A DNA stretch of 64,000 nucleotides from Halocafeteria seosinensis (lineage: Eukaryota): positions 124,001 through 188,000 of the forward strand of contig LVLI01000233.1 in the NCBI GenBank assembly GCA_001687465.1, in the 5' to 3' direction. This document shows positions 12,597-23,746 of this stretch, piece by piece. The stretch's first letter is position 1; each line of letters starts with the position of its first letter. Both the position numbers and the translations under genes were made by a program. The notes below the pieces were generated by a model that worked only from the letters and a program-made list of their open reading frames with translations, was not told the origin of the DNA and made no database searches.

Positions 12597-14515
12597 ATGA
12601 GCTCTACGGCAGCTAAAAACAAGAGAGCGCGACGTCGCACAGACTCCAGCTCTACGACTGCTGGCACTGATTCTCTTAGAGCCAATGATACCAACACCGA
12701 TGGCTCTGCTAGGCCGCAGAAGAAAACTAAGACGAACGATCAGAATGTAACGTCTGCAATTGTTCATCATCTGGAGAAAAGCGACCAACCTCCAGCGGTT
12801 CCGGCTTCCGAGGAAGGTGAGGACATTCTTGAGAGCTTCGCTTACCCTTTTGGAGCAAGGGGTTTCATGAAGCATGTATACCGTCGGCATTGTCTGGCGA
12901 TACAAAATGGTGGGGTGGAGCGGATACGAGGTGTCTGTGAGCGCTACTTGCACAACTTGAACATTGAGAAACTGGTCCACGACTCGCCGTCAGAGAAGAT
13001 ATTCGCATGGCTGAAACCGAAAGAGACAAACAAAGCACAACAGCGGCTTGATAGGTAAGTATTCTGTTCTTAAGGTTCCTAAGATCTTTCCATAACTTTT
13101 CCCATTCGTTCGAACTGTACCGCAGCATAGCTCTGGATAATCCTGATCATGCACTGACATGTTATGATGCCGGAGCGTCCCTTTACTTTCGAGCTCCTCA
13201 AGAGATGGCCGATGAATTCATTCCTGCCCTAAGTCGTGCTATAGGATTGGAATTTGGAGCGTTTTACCAATCACCTTACGTTTCGGTAACAGAAGAAGAG
13301 GGAACAGTGGAACTACAGGATGTGACCGATAGCCAACCTAAAGGAGAAATAGAAACGTTTGTTGCCAGGGCCGGACATGTTACCGACTGGCATATCGACT
13401 TTATGGAGAATTTCACCATTCAACTCCAAGGATCAAAAAGATGGTATCTGAAACGAGGGAATTTAACCCACGTCCTTCGGGGAGCTACACCTCACTACAA
13501 ACCTGATGACAACGTTGAACAGCAGATAATGCTTCATAGGATGCAAGACAGTTCATTTCAGTTTCATAATCCGCAGGGCTTCTTTGACCCTTCAAGACAA
13601 GATGTAGAATGCGTTGTACTCCATCCTGGAGATATCCTGTATTTCCCAGCAGGTACATGGCACAGGGTGGAATGTGTGGAAGATTCGATTTCCGTAAATC
13701 TCTCTCTAGTGGGGACTCACTGGGCCGACATTGCCTCTAATTGCGTTCGACAATACCTTTGGAGAAATGATATCTTTCGGTCGCTTATCTGCATAAACGA
13801 GTATTGCAAGGAGTCAATCCAGAAACCTTTGAAACTGGAAAGGGATCTCACCTGGGATTCTCATGATGACGATGGCAACCGAAAAGAAAACCATCTTCTC
13901 AAGACAAGGGAAATCCTTCAAAGGGGGTGTGATCAGGCCCTGCAGTCAATGGGTGAGATCTTGCGACCGGAGGTCTTGCTTCCTCGGGCCGCACTGCTTC
14001 CGCGGATTGCAGCGATTGATTGCTCGAACGATCGTATGCTCGAGATACTCTCCGAACTATACGGCTCCACCCACTCGGAGAAATGTCAAAACTGGCCGGA
14101 TAGACTAATCCTTCACCCAAATGCAACCATTGTCCCCAGAGAGTCGATTCCACAAGCGAAAGCTGCATCATTGGAGGATGAGGAATCTGAAGCGGCAGAT
14201 CCGGAAGAAACTCCTCCGGGTATGAAAGGGTACTTGGTCTTCGTAAATATGGGAAATGATGATATCCAACCTATGGTTCGACTTACGCTGCATGTATCTG
14301 AGAAGCAAGCTGAGTGTATGGGGTCATTGTGCGCTAGATGTGCGGGCCAAATGAGCGACGTACATAGAATGGAAGTTTCTGCCACCGATCTTACCAATGC
14401 ACCCGAGGATGCTTCGAAGTTGTCTTTTAGCTCCCTTTCTCAGGATGTAAGGCAACTGATTGCTATTCTAATGAAACTAGATATTTTGCTTTGGCCAAAA
14501 TCGTCGGTTTCATGA
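12597..14515 (+). CDS. JmjC-domain 2-oxoglutarate/Fe(II) oxygenase (Cupin_4 / ribosomal-oxygenase-like)
   Basis: HxD in TDWHIDFMENFTIQLQGSKRW and distal His in LHPGDILYFPAGTWHRVE. Intron 13055-13125 joins the exons in frame. Confidence 0.9.
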
Positions 14516-14754
14516 GAGTCATGATAGGTGAGTTATGGCTGGTGCTGAGAGCTTTTCCAGGAAGGTCCCCATAATCTACAAGAACTAAGCAACGTGCAGA
14601 TAGGTGGTAGGGTATGTCGAAAAGTGAGAAAATGTGATTTGTAAAGTTTGCGTGTGGTTCTTTCCGTCGATATCACCGCCGAGGATTAACTATATATGAG
14701 CAATCCTTTTACGCAGTTATGCAATTAATCCTAAGGTAGTCTTGAAAACCTCCA

Positions 14755-15476
14755 TTACTGAGTTGTGCGTGCGCGCATCTTTGAGTATATCCCTTTGATT
14801 TCCTCGCGTTTTCTCAGAGCACGGCTATGGGTCCCTAATCGCTTTTTCGACAGACGGTAGGCACGCTTTTCTGCTGTAGATCCACCAGTCTGTAAAGGAA
14901 ACCAGTTAGAACGGCAGTATATTGTACATATCATCTCCTTCATCCAGATAGCCCATTCGCGCAAATACTAACCTTGATGATATCCAATATACGCTTCTCG
15001 TAAGGAGCTAACCCAGCTACTTCACGGACGACTTCCCGTACAGTCTTGGTTCGCTTGTTCAGGCGCTGTAAGATAAGCGAAATAACATCATATTAAATGA
15101 AGAAGCGTGATCAACAAAATTATCCAACCAAAGTGCTCAGTGATATGATGTTGCCATCGTATACACACGGTTGGACGACTCCTGACACCACTGGCCCGTA
15201 CCCCGGCGTTTTCTGCCCCCTATGGTTTCCCCTGTTACCGCTCCCACACGCTTTTTGTAAGCCTCACAGCTCCCTCCTCAACCCCCGACGGCAAAAGGAA
15301 TAACATGGAAGGTGGCAACCACCTGATCAACAACTGCGAGTCTAGGAAACACTTACGCCTTTGGTGTAACTGGGACGAATGGATTTTCTGGGCTTTCCGT
15401 TAGCAGGCTTATCGCTCGGACGCTTCTCCACGACGAAGCCTTTCTTCTGGCCCACGGCAATGCCTTGAGACGACAT
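14755..15476 (-). CDS. RPL36: 60S ribosomal protein L36 (eL36), 3 exons
   Basis: Spliced sequence [16 protein letters not shown]...[68 protein letters not shown]. Introns 15356-15066 and 14972-14890. Confidence 0.97.
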
Positions 15477-16107
15477 CTTTTCCTGTCTTCTGTAATAGGA
15501 TGGATCAGTTTACAATAACACAGTATAGCACCAGTGTTATTCAATAGCGGGTCTGTTACAAACCACACGCATAAAGGGGTGTTCAAGCCAGGAAGGACAA
15601 TGTGATAGAAAACACAGCAATCTTTTCGAATAGTTACATTCTGGAAATTCAGACTGGAATCACCATCACCCTGGCAGGCTGGTAGCAGCTTGCCAAAGAA
15701 AATGGGACTGATCAATATGTTAAGAACGTTTCAACTTATGATTGAGTTTCGAAGAACGCGGGGAAAGTTAACCACTGCAAGCGACCACGCTTCTGATTCT
15801 CAGGGCATCACGTATTCAAGTTGCTCAACGATCTGAGAATTTGACCAACTAACCTACAAATAATTAAGATAGCCCATGGTTGAAAATCGCAGGTTCCAGT
15901 GTAACGTTAATGGACAAAGAACAATCCATGACCAGGAAGAGTCGGCGGGGTGCGGGGTCGTCAACTCTGTATTGCAGCAACACTGTTTCTCTCCTGGCAA
16001 TAGAAAATGAGTATTTTACTTGCACTTATCCAAAAAGTGGAGTCTCAGTGTTCGAAAGTATTCTCATACTGCGAAAACAGGGTTTCTTTCACTAAGCGGT
16101 TCGCACT

Positions 16108-17037
16108 TCACTTTCCTCTGATCCAATCAGTCCAGCTCTTGCTGGATTCAGCAGAAGCGTTCTCGTTGGAACTCTCTTGGGATAAGGAGAAAGGCCACCA
16201 CCAACTTTTATCCTTGGAGATTTCTTCGGAGCGATTGTCCGTAGAATCGCTCTTACCCAATACCCATTTGGGCCAGGAGCTCGGAGTACGATTGTCCGCG
16301 CTGCCACTTTGGTCTTTCCCAGCTTTCTTTTCGTAACTGGGCCACAAATTATCCAGCAGCCTTGCCGAAGTATTTACCGAACTCTGCCGCCTATCACTAT
16401 TGCTCTCTCCTGGAGAATGATCCGGTTCCTCAGATTCCCCGTTGCGTTTCTTAGACTTACTGTATTGGGTAGCTAGGACATCTGGAAGACTCTTGCCTAA
16501 ACCATACATAAACATCCCTCCAAATACCAACAACAGCGTGAAATTCCTTGTTCTCCTGAGCCACCCTGTAAGCATTTCACTGGAGGCTACTCGCGATATG
16601 CCGTACCCTGCCTGAGAGGCAAGCCTCTGTGAGTTGCTAGACAGTTGCTTCCGAAGGATGGGCGTGTACTTCTTCCATGCTTCGCTCGACTTTTGAGCAC
16701 CTGTTTCGGCTTTCTCCTTGATATTATCTCGAAATGCTGGATCATTGACCTTCTCCTTAAATTTGTTGTAGCTCTGCCTATATAAGGATTGTAATCCTGG
16801 TGCTACCACGCGTTTGGAGTATGATTTTACAGCGTCTACCCCCTTAGGAACATAAACTTTTGTCTGGTACCAAAGGTAGGATCCCCAAGAAGTTCTTCCA
16901 CCGCTGGTCATTCCGCTGCGTACGTCCTGGGGTTTAGAATTCCCACTTCCATGACTTCCATGAGATGGTTCCTGGGAAGCTGGGACCTTTTGGCCTCCAT
17001 CGTCAATTGAACGGGGATCTCTGTTGTCTTTTTTCAT
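16108..17037 (-). CDS. Hypothetical protein with one predicted transmembrane segment
   Basis: Long uninterrupted ORF, likely start MKKDNRD. Hydrophobic stretch FTLLLVFGGMFMYGLG followed by Ser/Trp-rich tail. Confidence 0.7.
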   Translation of the reverse strand: MKKDNRDPRSIDDGGQKVPASQEPSHGSHGSGNSKPQDVRSGMTSGGRTSWGSYLWYQTKVYVPKGVDAVKSYSKRVVAPGLQSLYRQSYNKFKEKVNDPAFRDNIKEKAETGAQKSSEAWKKYTPILRKQLSSNSQRLASQAGYGISRVASSEMLTGWLRRTRNFTLLLVFGGMFMYGLGKSLPDVLATQYSKSKKRNGESEEPDHSPGESNSDRRQSSVNTSARLLDNLWPSYEKKAGKDQSGSADNRTPSSWPKWVLGKSDSTDNRSEEISKDKSWWWPFSLSQESSNENASAESSKSWTDWIRGK

Positions 17038-17416
17038 TTCATTCCGGAGCGGAAGAGGATACTTACTGTACGAAATACATGCGTAAATCACTTGAACGTT
17101 TCAATAACAGTGTTTAAACTTTAAGCACGTCTGGAGCAGCACTTCAAGGTTACCAACTTCAACCTGTCAGGGGTCTCCAATGGAGCAAAAAAGTTTGTTG
17201 CGTTGGTTAGCCTTTCGCAGGGACGCGCGCAAGGGGAGCCCAAGGGGAGCAAAAATGCTTCCCCTCAGAGTACCGATAGCAAGCTTAAACAGGGATTATG
17301 CGCTGGTGTTTGATAATAGACACGATTCAATATCAAGGGGAAAGAACATTTCAGACGTTCTGTTTATTTTGGCTTTCTTGGATTTGGCTTAATTCGAGTG
17401 GAAAAGCGACGACAAA

Positions 17417-17791
17417 ATGTCCTCGACCGACGGAGAACCTCATGAGACAGCCTCATTACTGGCTCATTTCCGTAGATTAAATGGCAGTTTACCGTCAAAT
17501 CTGTGTCGGCATCGCTTGTTAGATTGTAAATTTCTGGAAAAGGACCTGGCGGATCCGCAGAGCTTCATAAATAAGAAACTGACGCAAAAGGAAAAAGATT
17601 TCGTCCAATGGGAACGCTCGCTCTTGTTGGCCCAGTGTATTGGAGGAAGGCGTTCCAAGGTACCTACACTTTATAAATTCAACGAAGCCGGAAGAGAGGC
17701 CATGGTGAATACAATCCGAGTTATCATGGAAGACGGAAGAGAGTACTTTAAGGAGAAAATGAAGGCAAGAGAAGCAGCAATGAAGCGCTAA
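17417..17791 (+). CDS. Small hypothetical protein (124 aa) with a two-Cys motif shared with the protein at 23233
   Basis: ATG-initiated ORF divergent from its neighbour. Motif CRHRLLD...ERSLLLAQC...PTLY. Confidence 0.65.
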   Translation: MSSTDGEPHETASLLAHFRRLNGSLPSNLCRHRLLDCKFLEKDLADPQSFINKKLTQKEKDFVQWERSLLLAQCIGGRRSKVPTLYKFNEAGREAMVNTIRVIMEDGREYFKEKMKAREAAMKR

Positions 17792-18100
17792 TTTGATGGT
17801 GGAGCGAGCAGACACAGTATTTGTGGTGATATATATCTCTTGGTGCACAGAGCACAGGTAAGATAGCGCTCACATCTCATTGATGCCCCACTGCTTGTTC
17901 CTATCATCTGCTTTCGTCATTTCAGGAATAAAGTGAAACTTGTGTACTTGGCTTTCTACGATACGTCACAAATATACACGATCGCGGACTCAGTATTGTA
18001 TTTGTATTACCTCTTAAATTTGGAAAGTAGGTCCGATTGCTAGCCGATCGTCTCTCGCACCTAATATTCCGAGATGCGGTGCGAGATGCCAGTTACAAGT

Positions 18101-19066
18101 TCATATATATCCCTTCACATATCCTACTAAAGGGACTACCGAGAGTAGGGCTGAGGTGATATAATTGTATACGGGAAACGAATATAAAAGACTGTTCAAG
18201 ACTTGTTGGGAAAGGATAGAAAATATCAGCAAGTAGACGAAGTTGGTCACAAAGATACTGTAAGCAGTTGCTTCTTTCCCTTGCAGCTTTCTTTGATGGC
18301 GACGTTCCTCTTCCGTCGCACCGACATTTCCGCGGCTTTGTGCAATCTTATCAAGTTTCTCTTTAGCCATTTGCCGTGTACTTGTGTGAAGTAGAAAACC
18401 TACTGAAACAGTTACCGCCGAAAATACTATAAAATTCTGCGCAAGAATCGGAATCCAAACAATCGCGTTATTTTTCTGTCAGCATATATGAGCAGCACGT
18501 TGCCTCACCTCTTCTATGGAAAGCTCAAACATAGGACCCGCAAAAATGTACGCAGGCAAAAGAGCCGTGAAGAAAGCTGCCACTAAGACGACTACACCTG
18601 TGTTACAAAACGTGGGACACACTCAGGTTTTCACGACACATTCCTGGGCCAGACAAAACCAACGAACCTTGGAGAAAACCCTGAGCATTATCCTGCTCTT
18701 GATATGGGCTTATAATTTCATCGAACTTCTTATTACGCAGCTTGGATGGGTCCCTGCAAACCACATAGTTCGAGGTTTCGGCCTCATCAGTTCCTCGTAG
18801 GTTGGTTCACAAATTTCGAACAAAAAGCCTCAGGGCACGTGTGCCCCTTTGCTTCCCCCTGATGGACGACACCAGGGCACACCAAAGCCCCCCACGTCCT
18901 TTATCTCACTCTTTGGGGCGAGTAGATGAACATGTATCCAACAAAGAAGGAAATTCCTTTTAAACAACTAATTTAATGCTCTGATCGTCACCACCTTTGG
19001 TATTGCTCCAATCAGCGCTCGGGTTTGGACTTACAATTGCTGCTGTGCTTTGTTGGACTTCGGCAT
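18101..19066 (-). CDS. SSR3: Translocon-associated protein subunit gamma (TRAP-gamma)
   Basis: C-terminal EATAYSIFVTNFVYLLIF...PVYNYITS matches TRAP-gamma. Exon 1 MPKSNKAQQQL joins via intron 19034-18754. Confidence 0.85.
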
Positions 19067-20756
19067 GTTTCGAGTTCTGTGGTTTGTCTTCTTCCTAAAT
19101 AATCACAATGACTTTGCAATCAACATACAGCATGCATCAATGACAACAGTTGCTCTTGGTACAGGATACGAGCTGTTTTTCCTAGTTTAATGAGGCGGTA
19201 TCCGGAACTTGGAGGAAGGTGAATCCCAACAGCAGATTGGCACAAAAAAAAGAATAGATGCCCTACAACTTTTTTTGGTGAAGGTAAAGTAAAAGAGAGT
19301 ATAATTTCCAGGACTAAAACACATTAGGAATCCTGGGAATACAATCCACATTCAGAGACAATTCGCACAGCCACTGTCAAGACAGTCTTACTCAGCCGCT
19401 TAAACCTTGTGAAGCTACGAGAAGAAGCGAAGAGTATCCAAACTTTCCAAAGACAGGATATAAGAGAGAAAAATGACGTGACAGTTTGAAATGCGCTGTA
19501 TCACACGCAGTGCTCTACCGTGTATTCATACAAATCTGTGACAAAGACAGCCACCTAAAATATCACATTGTGGGGGTTGTAACTTCTCGCGGGATTACTA
19601 CCAGTAGTACATTGGAGGAGCCCATCCTGCGAGGCGCCATTGAATGATTCTCATCATACAAGCAATACTTTGGTTGCTCGAGCTTTGAGTAAAGTAGCGC
19701 TTCATTTGGCATCATCCAGCTGTCGAAATACCACTGATGCCAGCCTATTCACTTCTCGGTTGCTAAACGTCAGCCCCTCGGACGGCGAGGAGTAGACATT
19801 GCTAATTGTCTTGATTTCGAATGTGATGTAGATGACATTAAGCCGCTTGAATTTCAGCAGATGCTCCGCTAAAAGTCTTCAGTCCTTCCTCAATGGCAAG
19901 TTTGTCGGTGCAGATGATATCTCTTTAAGTCCTGTCATAGATGTTAGATAACTTGAGCACTGATTTCAAAATTGTTGCGCCTCACTGAGTTTACGAAAAA
20001 TAAATTAAGCACGAAAGGTAGCACCTGTTGGATAATTTGTCTGCGAGCATCAGGTGATGCTACGTATATTACCCGCCGAGAAAGACCAAGTCAGTATTCT
20101 CTCCTCCCAAGCAGAAAAATCGATTGTAATCCTTCGATACACTGGATGAGCATTCGGCCAGCACTCTGAAGCGTCTTCGGATCTTCAGCAAGAGGCTTGT
20201 CTCTTGAAGTTCTCGGTGGATCAGTCTGCGCAGAGTCGGCCGACGCCTATGCGTCGGAACAAACACGAATAATTCAACTGTAGTCGCCAAGATAGAGGAA
20301 GTACGATTCACTGCTCATTCTGGTCTATGTGCGAACTCTGTGGCGTGCGCAAAATGTTACCACCACGATTCTGGTTTCAACTATCGCTACAGCTTGACCT
20401 ATGACAGCGCAGTATCGCAGTCAGCACGTAATGAGTGCGAGTCCCTACCTGGGACTCGTCCCAACCTGTTTTCGTATCAGAGTGGGAGCACATACTGAAT
20501 CGCTGAGTATCATGCACAGCAAAACCTGATTGGTTTGGCTTATATCTTGCACAAAATTACCATATTAGGTTATTTGGTTGAGTGACAGTTCACGAACTTC
20601 AAGCAATCCTCACAAACAAATTCAAACAGCGCGAACTATACCGGTAGTCTACAGTTGTACAACTTGTTGTACAGTTTATGCATAGAAAAAAATTTTCCAG
20701 AATATCATCTATTGCCGTAAATCCGCTTAGTGCGTAGTGATTAATGAATCAGATTT

Positions 20757-22747
20757 ATGCAAAAGAAAGATATGGAGGAGTGTAGTGCATCCGTTCGTTT
20801 TAATCGCGCCAATTTCACCCTGTATAAGGTCGTTTATGACTTTATCAAACGTCAGCAACGACAAGGAGTCTTATTAGTGGCTGGATCCCGTCCCAGTACA
20901 GCCGAACAACCTAATGAAATGAAGTTAGAGGAGGAAGAAGATGCTGTACGGATTTGCGATGATGCAAACTTGTTGGCAACTTTGCGGTCTTACCCTCTAC
21001 CCGTGAGCTCTAAGACTCAGCTGGAAACGCTACGGGGATTCCGGGAATTAGATGACGGAGATTTGAATAGTATTTGTAAGGAGGCGTCTCTGAGCACCCG
21101 GATTGAAACTACAGCACGCAGGATATCACCCCAGAAAAGCTCGTCTTCATCCTCTATTGCATCATCCCAGGCCACCGAACAACCAATAAGGGCATCGTCC
21201 CGTGGGAGAAAGCCCATTGCAGCTTCTACCTCAACTTCTAGGAAACGCTCGCGGAATGAATCACTTTCGCAAGGTGATCAGTATGAAAGGGACGCTACCA
21301 CAATGCAGTCTGCAACCAGTACGAGAACCAGTGGATCGCTATCGATCTCCCAGCCCTACTACTCCAATCCAATCCAGGAAGCTTCGCTACTTCGGCGATA
21401 CACACCTACACCTACACCTTCAACCTCATCGTCGAGCCCGTTAGAACCAACACAAAGTAGTGTTGGCTATGCTTCGAATCAGGACGGCCTAGAGCAACAG
21501 TTCTCTCCGTTTAATAAACGAAGTGAGTTTTCTACTAGATCATTGTATGTCACGAAATGCCCAGATCATGTTTTTCCTTTTTTGAATTGCAGAGAAAGCA
21601 AATACGGACAGCATGGTTCAGGAAAATAGTCCTGCGAGTCCTACTCTGCGGTATTTCCGCCCGACGAAGGAGGCTCTTGATCCATCGCACTGGGAAGTCG
21701 TTTTGCTTCTCGATCACCGGGAAATTCGAACTAAAAGTGATAGATCCTACATCCAGCAAAAGCTTCAGGAACGTGGAGTTGCTTGCGAGGTGCGATCTCT
21801 CTCCCTTGGGGACATACTGTGGATAGTACGACAACGCGACCGATCTAAGTCCAACGCTGAGTGGTTGTTGGATTATGTTGTCGAGCGTAAGACCGTGGAT
21901 GATTTAGGTTCGAGTATCAAGGATGGACGATACGCTGAGCAGAAGCTTCGTCTATCACAGGTTCCCTGTTGCAAGGTCACGTATCTGGTCGAGGGCCCAC
22001 TGGTGTCGAATGATCCGACAATTAAGCGGCAACAGTTGGTACAGGCAATGGGATCGACACAAGTACAGAACGAGTACAATGTCCAGCATACTCCTAATCT
22101 TGACGCTTCTGTACAATACCTTGCAATCCTGCATTCAGGTATATGCGATCAGGTACTTCAGGGAGGTTCCCCAGCTAACCAAACGTCTCCGACTATTCCC
22201 ATGCAGTCTATGACCTCTGTGGCAGCTCAAGAGCATCTACGAGGACGCCCGGGTATTGCTAATCCCGTAACTGCATTGGGAAGCTTCCAGGAGACCATGA
22301 TTAAAGGAAAGCACATGACCACCTTGGATGTTTTTGGTGCTCAAATCAGACAGGTTAGTGGATGAAAATTTTTTTCGGTACGAGTAGAGTAGTTGCAATA
22401 GTTAGTTGTTGAGTTGCAGATGCCTTTTTGTGGCGCTTCGAGGGCGGAGGTCCTCCTCCATCGCTTTGGAACCCCACGGCGGTACGTCCATACCGACGGT
22501 TCATACCGACGGTTCGTAAATAAGCAGTATCTCACATGTCGTTTTCTTTATTCTGCTCAGACTGTATAGCTTCTTAATGTCTTATGAAGAAGCCGAAGCT
22601 ACACGGATACTAGCGGAAGAACCGTTACCCAACCAAAAGTCCAAGTTTGGACCCGCCGTGACTACGTCGTTGTACCGTCTGTACGGTCGACAAGAATATG
22701 AGACGCCCTCAGTGACGCCTAAATCTGCTGCAACAGACGACGAATAG
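20757..22747 (+). CDS. MUS81: Crossover junction endonuclease MUS81
   Basis: N-terminal LRSYPLPV..LRGF HhH-like motif. ERCC4 domain LLLDHRE, LSLGDILW and VVERKTVDDLGSSIKDGRYAEQKLRL. C-terminal exons end at TAG 22745-22747. Confidence 0.93.
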
Positions 22748-23232
22748 AAATGAAAGAAACGGCCTTGTGTAACAGGCGTTTATTGTGATCTTGTGATCTT
22801 AGAGAATGTCTTCCCGCTTACGTGTTGGGCGGTTTAATGTGCACTGAGCCTAGTGCGGATGCCGTACCGACTGCGCTTTGTAACAGTGTTTTCCAACTTG
22901 AAATTCCAAGTACACTCGAACCGCGCCCGGACCGGACCGGGCGGTGCTCACACAAAAAGCCTCACGGATGCTGCATAGGGGGCTTTTGGGGGCCGGTGAT
23001 CACCCAGGGTCTCCAGGGGCTCCCCTGTGAGCGTTCCCATCAACCCCGTAAGGCATGAAATCCATGATATCTGAGGATTGTACAAGGATATACCTTGTTG
23101 AATACGTTAGATTTTGTAGAATAAGGCATTAGGTTCGCTCTTGTGCTGGAGAAGGGGTAAGTTCTGGAGGGAAAAGCTCTGAGGAATTGCATGATATCAC
23201 GGTCTTTATACGTCTTTGTTGTCTCAGGCAAG

Positions 23233-23619
23233 ATGGCACAGTCGACGGATAAGAATCAGAAGCTCTTCGAGGAGTCTCTCAAGAAGCCCTCATTGATGTC
23301 CCCGCGTGGTACTTTTATCGGAATGCCTTTCAACGAATCCCAACATCGCTGCAAACGACGATGGGAGGACTGGAACAGATTACTCTGGGATACACAGAAC
23401 CATGCTATATATTCGAGCAAGCATCGACATTTCGAACCAGCTGATATGGAAAAAATGCTGAGAGAGAGATACTTGCTATTCGTGCAATGCGTGGAATCCA
23501 ACCCTGGCGAAGAGCCTCAGAACCCTTATCTCTACCCCAAGGACTATACTTATACTGGCCGTGTACCCCATAGTGGAGCCCCCAACAAAAGCAAGAGAAT
23601 AGATAAGAAATCTGACTAA
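23233..23619 (+). CDS. Small hypothetical protein (~128 aa) with a two-Cys motif shared with the protein at 17417
   Basis: ATG just after an acceptor-like tract (ttgtctcag). Motif CKRRWED...ERYLLFVQC...PYLY. Confidence 0.65.
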   Translation: MAQSTDKNQKLFEESLKKPSLMSPRGTFIGMPFNESQHRCKRRWEDWNRLLWDTQNHAIYSSKHRHFEPADMEKMLRERYLLFVQCVESNPGEEPQNPYLYPKDYTYTGRVPHSGAPNKSKRIDKKSD

Positions 23620-23746
23620 ATCTAGGATGAACTAGTCTCGACCGGGTGCTGATTTGTAGATTCCCGCCTCATACAGCAGCAGATCAGAGTCTTCGGAGAG
23701 ATAAATTTACATCTTATATTCTACTTGTGTATTCTTCGCTGTAAGC

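Noticed and set aside
18768..18798. Minus-strand CTGATGAGGCCGAAAC resembling a hammerhead ribozyme core
   Set aside because: Stem II would be 1 bp, and there is no stem I or NUH cleavage triplet in the required position. A simple GAGG/CCTC hairpin explains it.
18820..22964. Identical 13-mer acaaaaagcctca at 18820 and 22952
   Set aside because: Tens of chance 13-mer matches are expected in 64 kb, and the flanks do not align.
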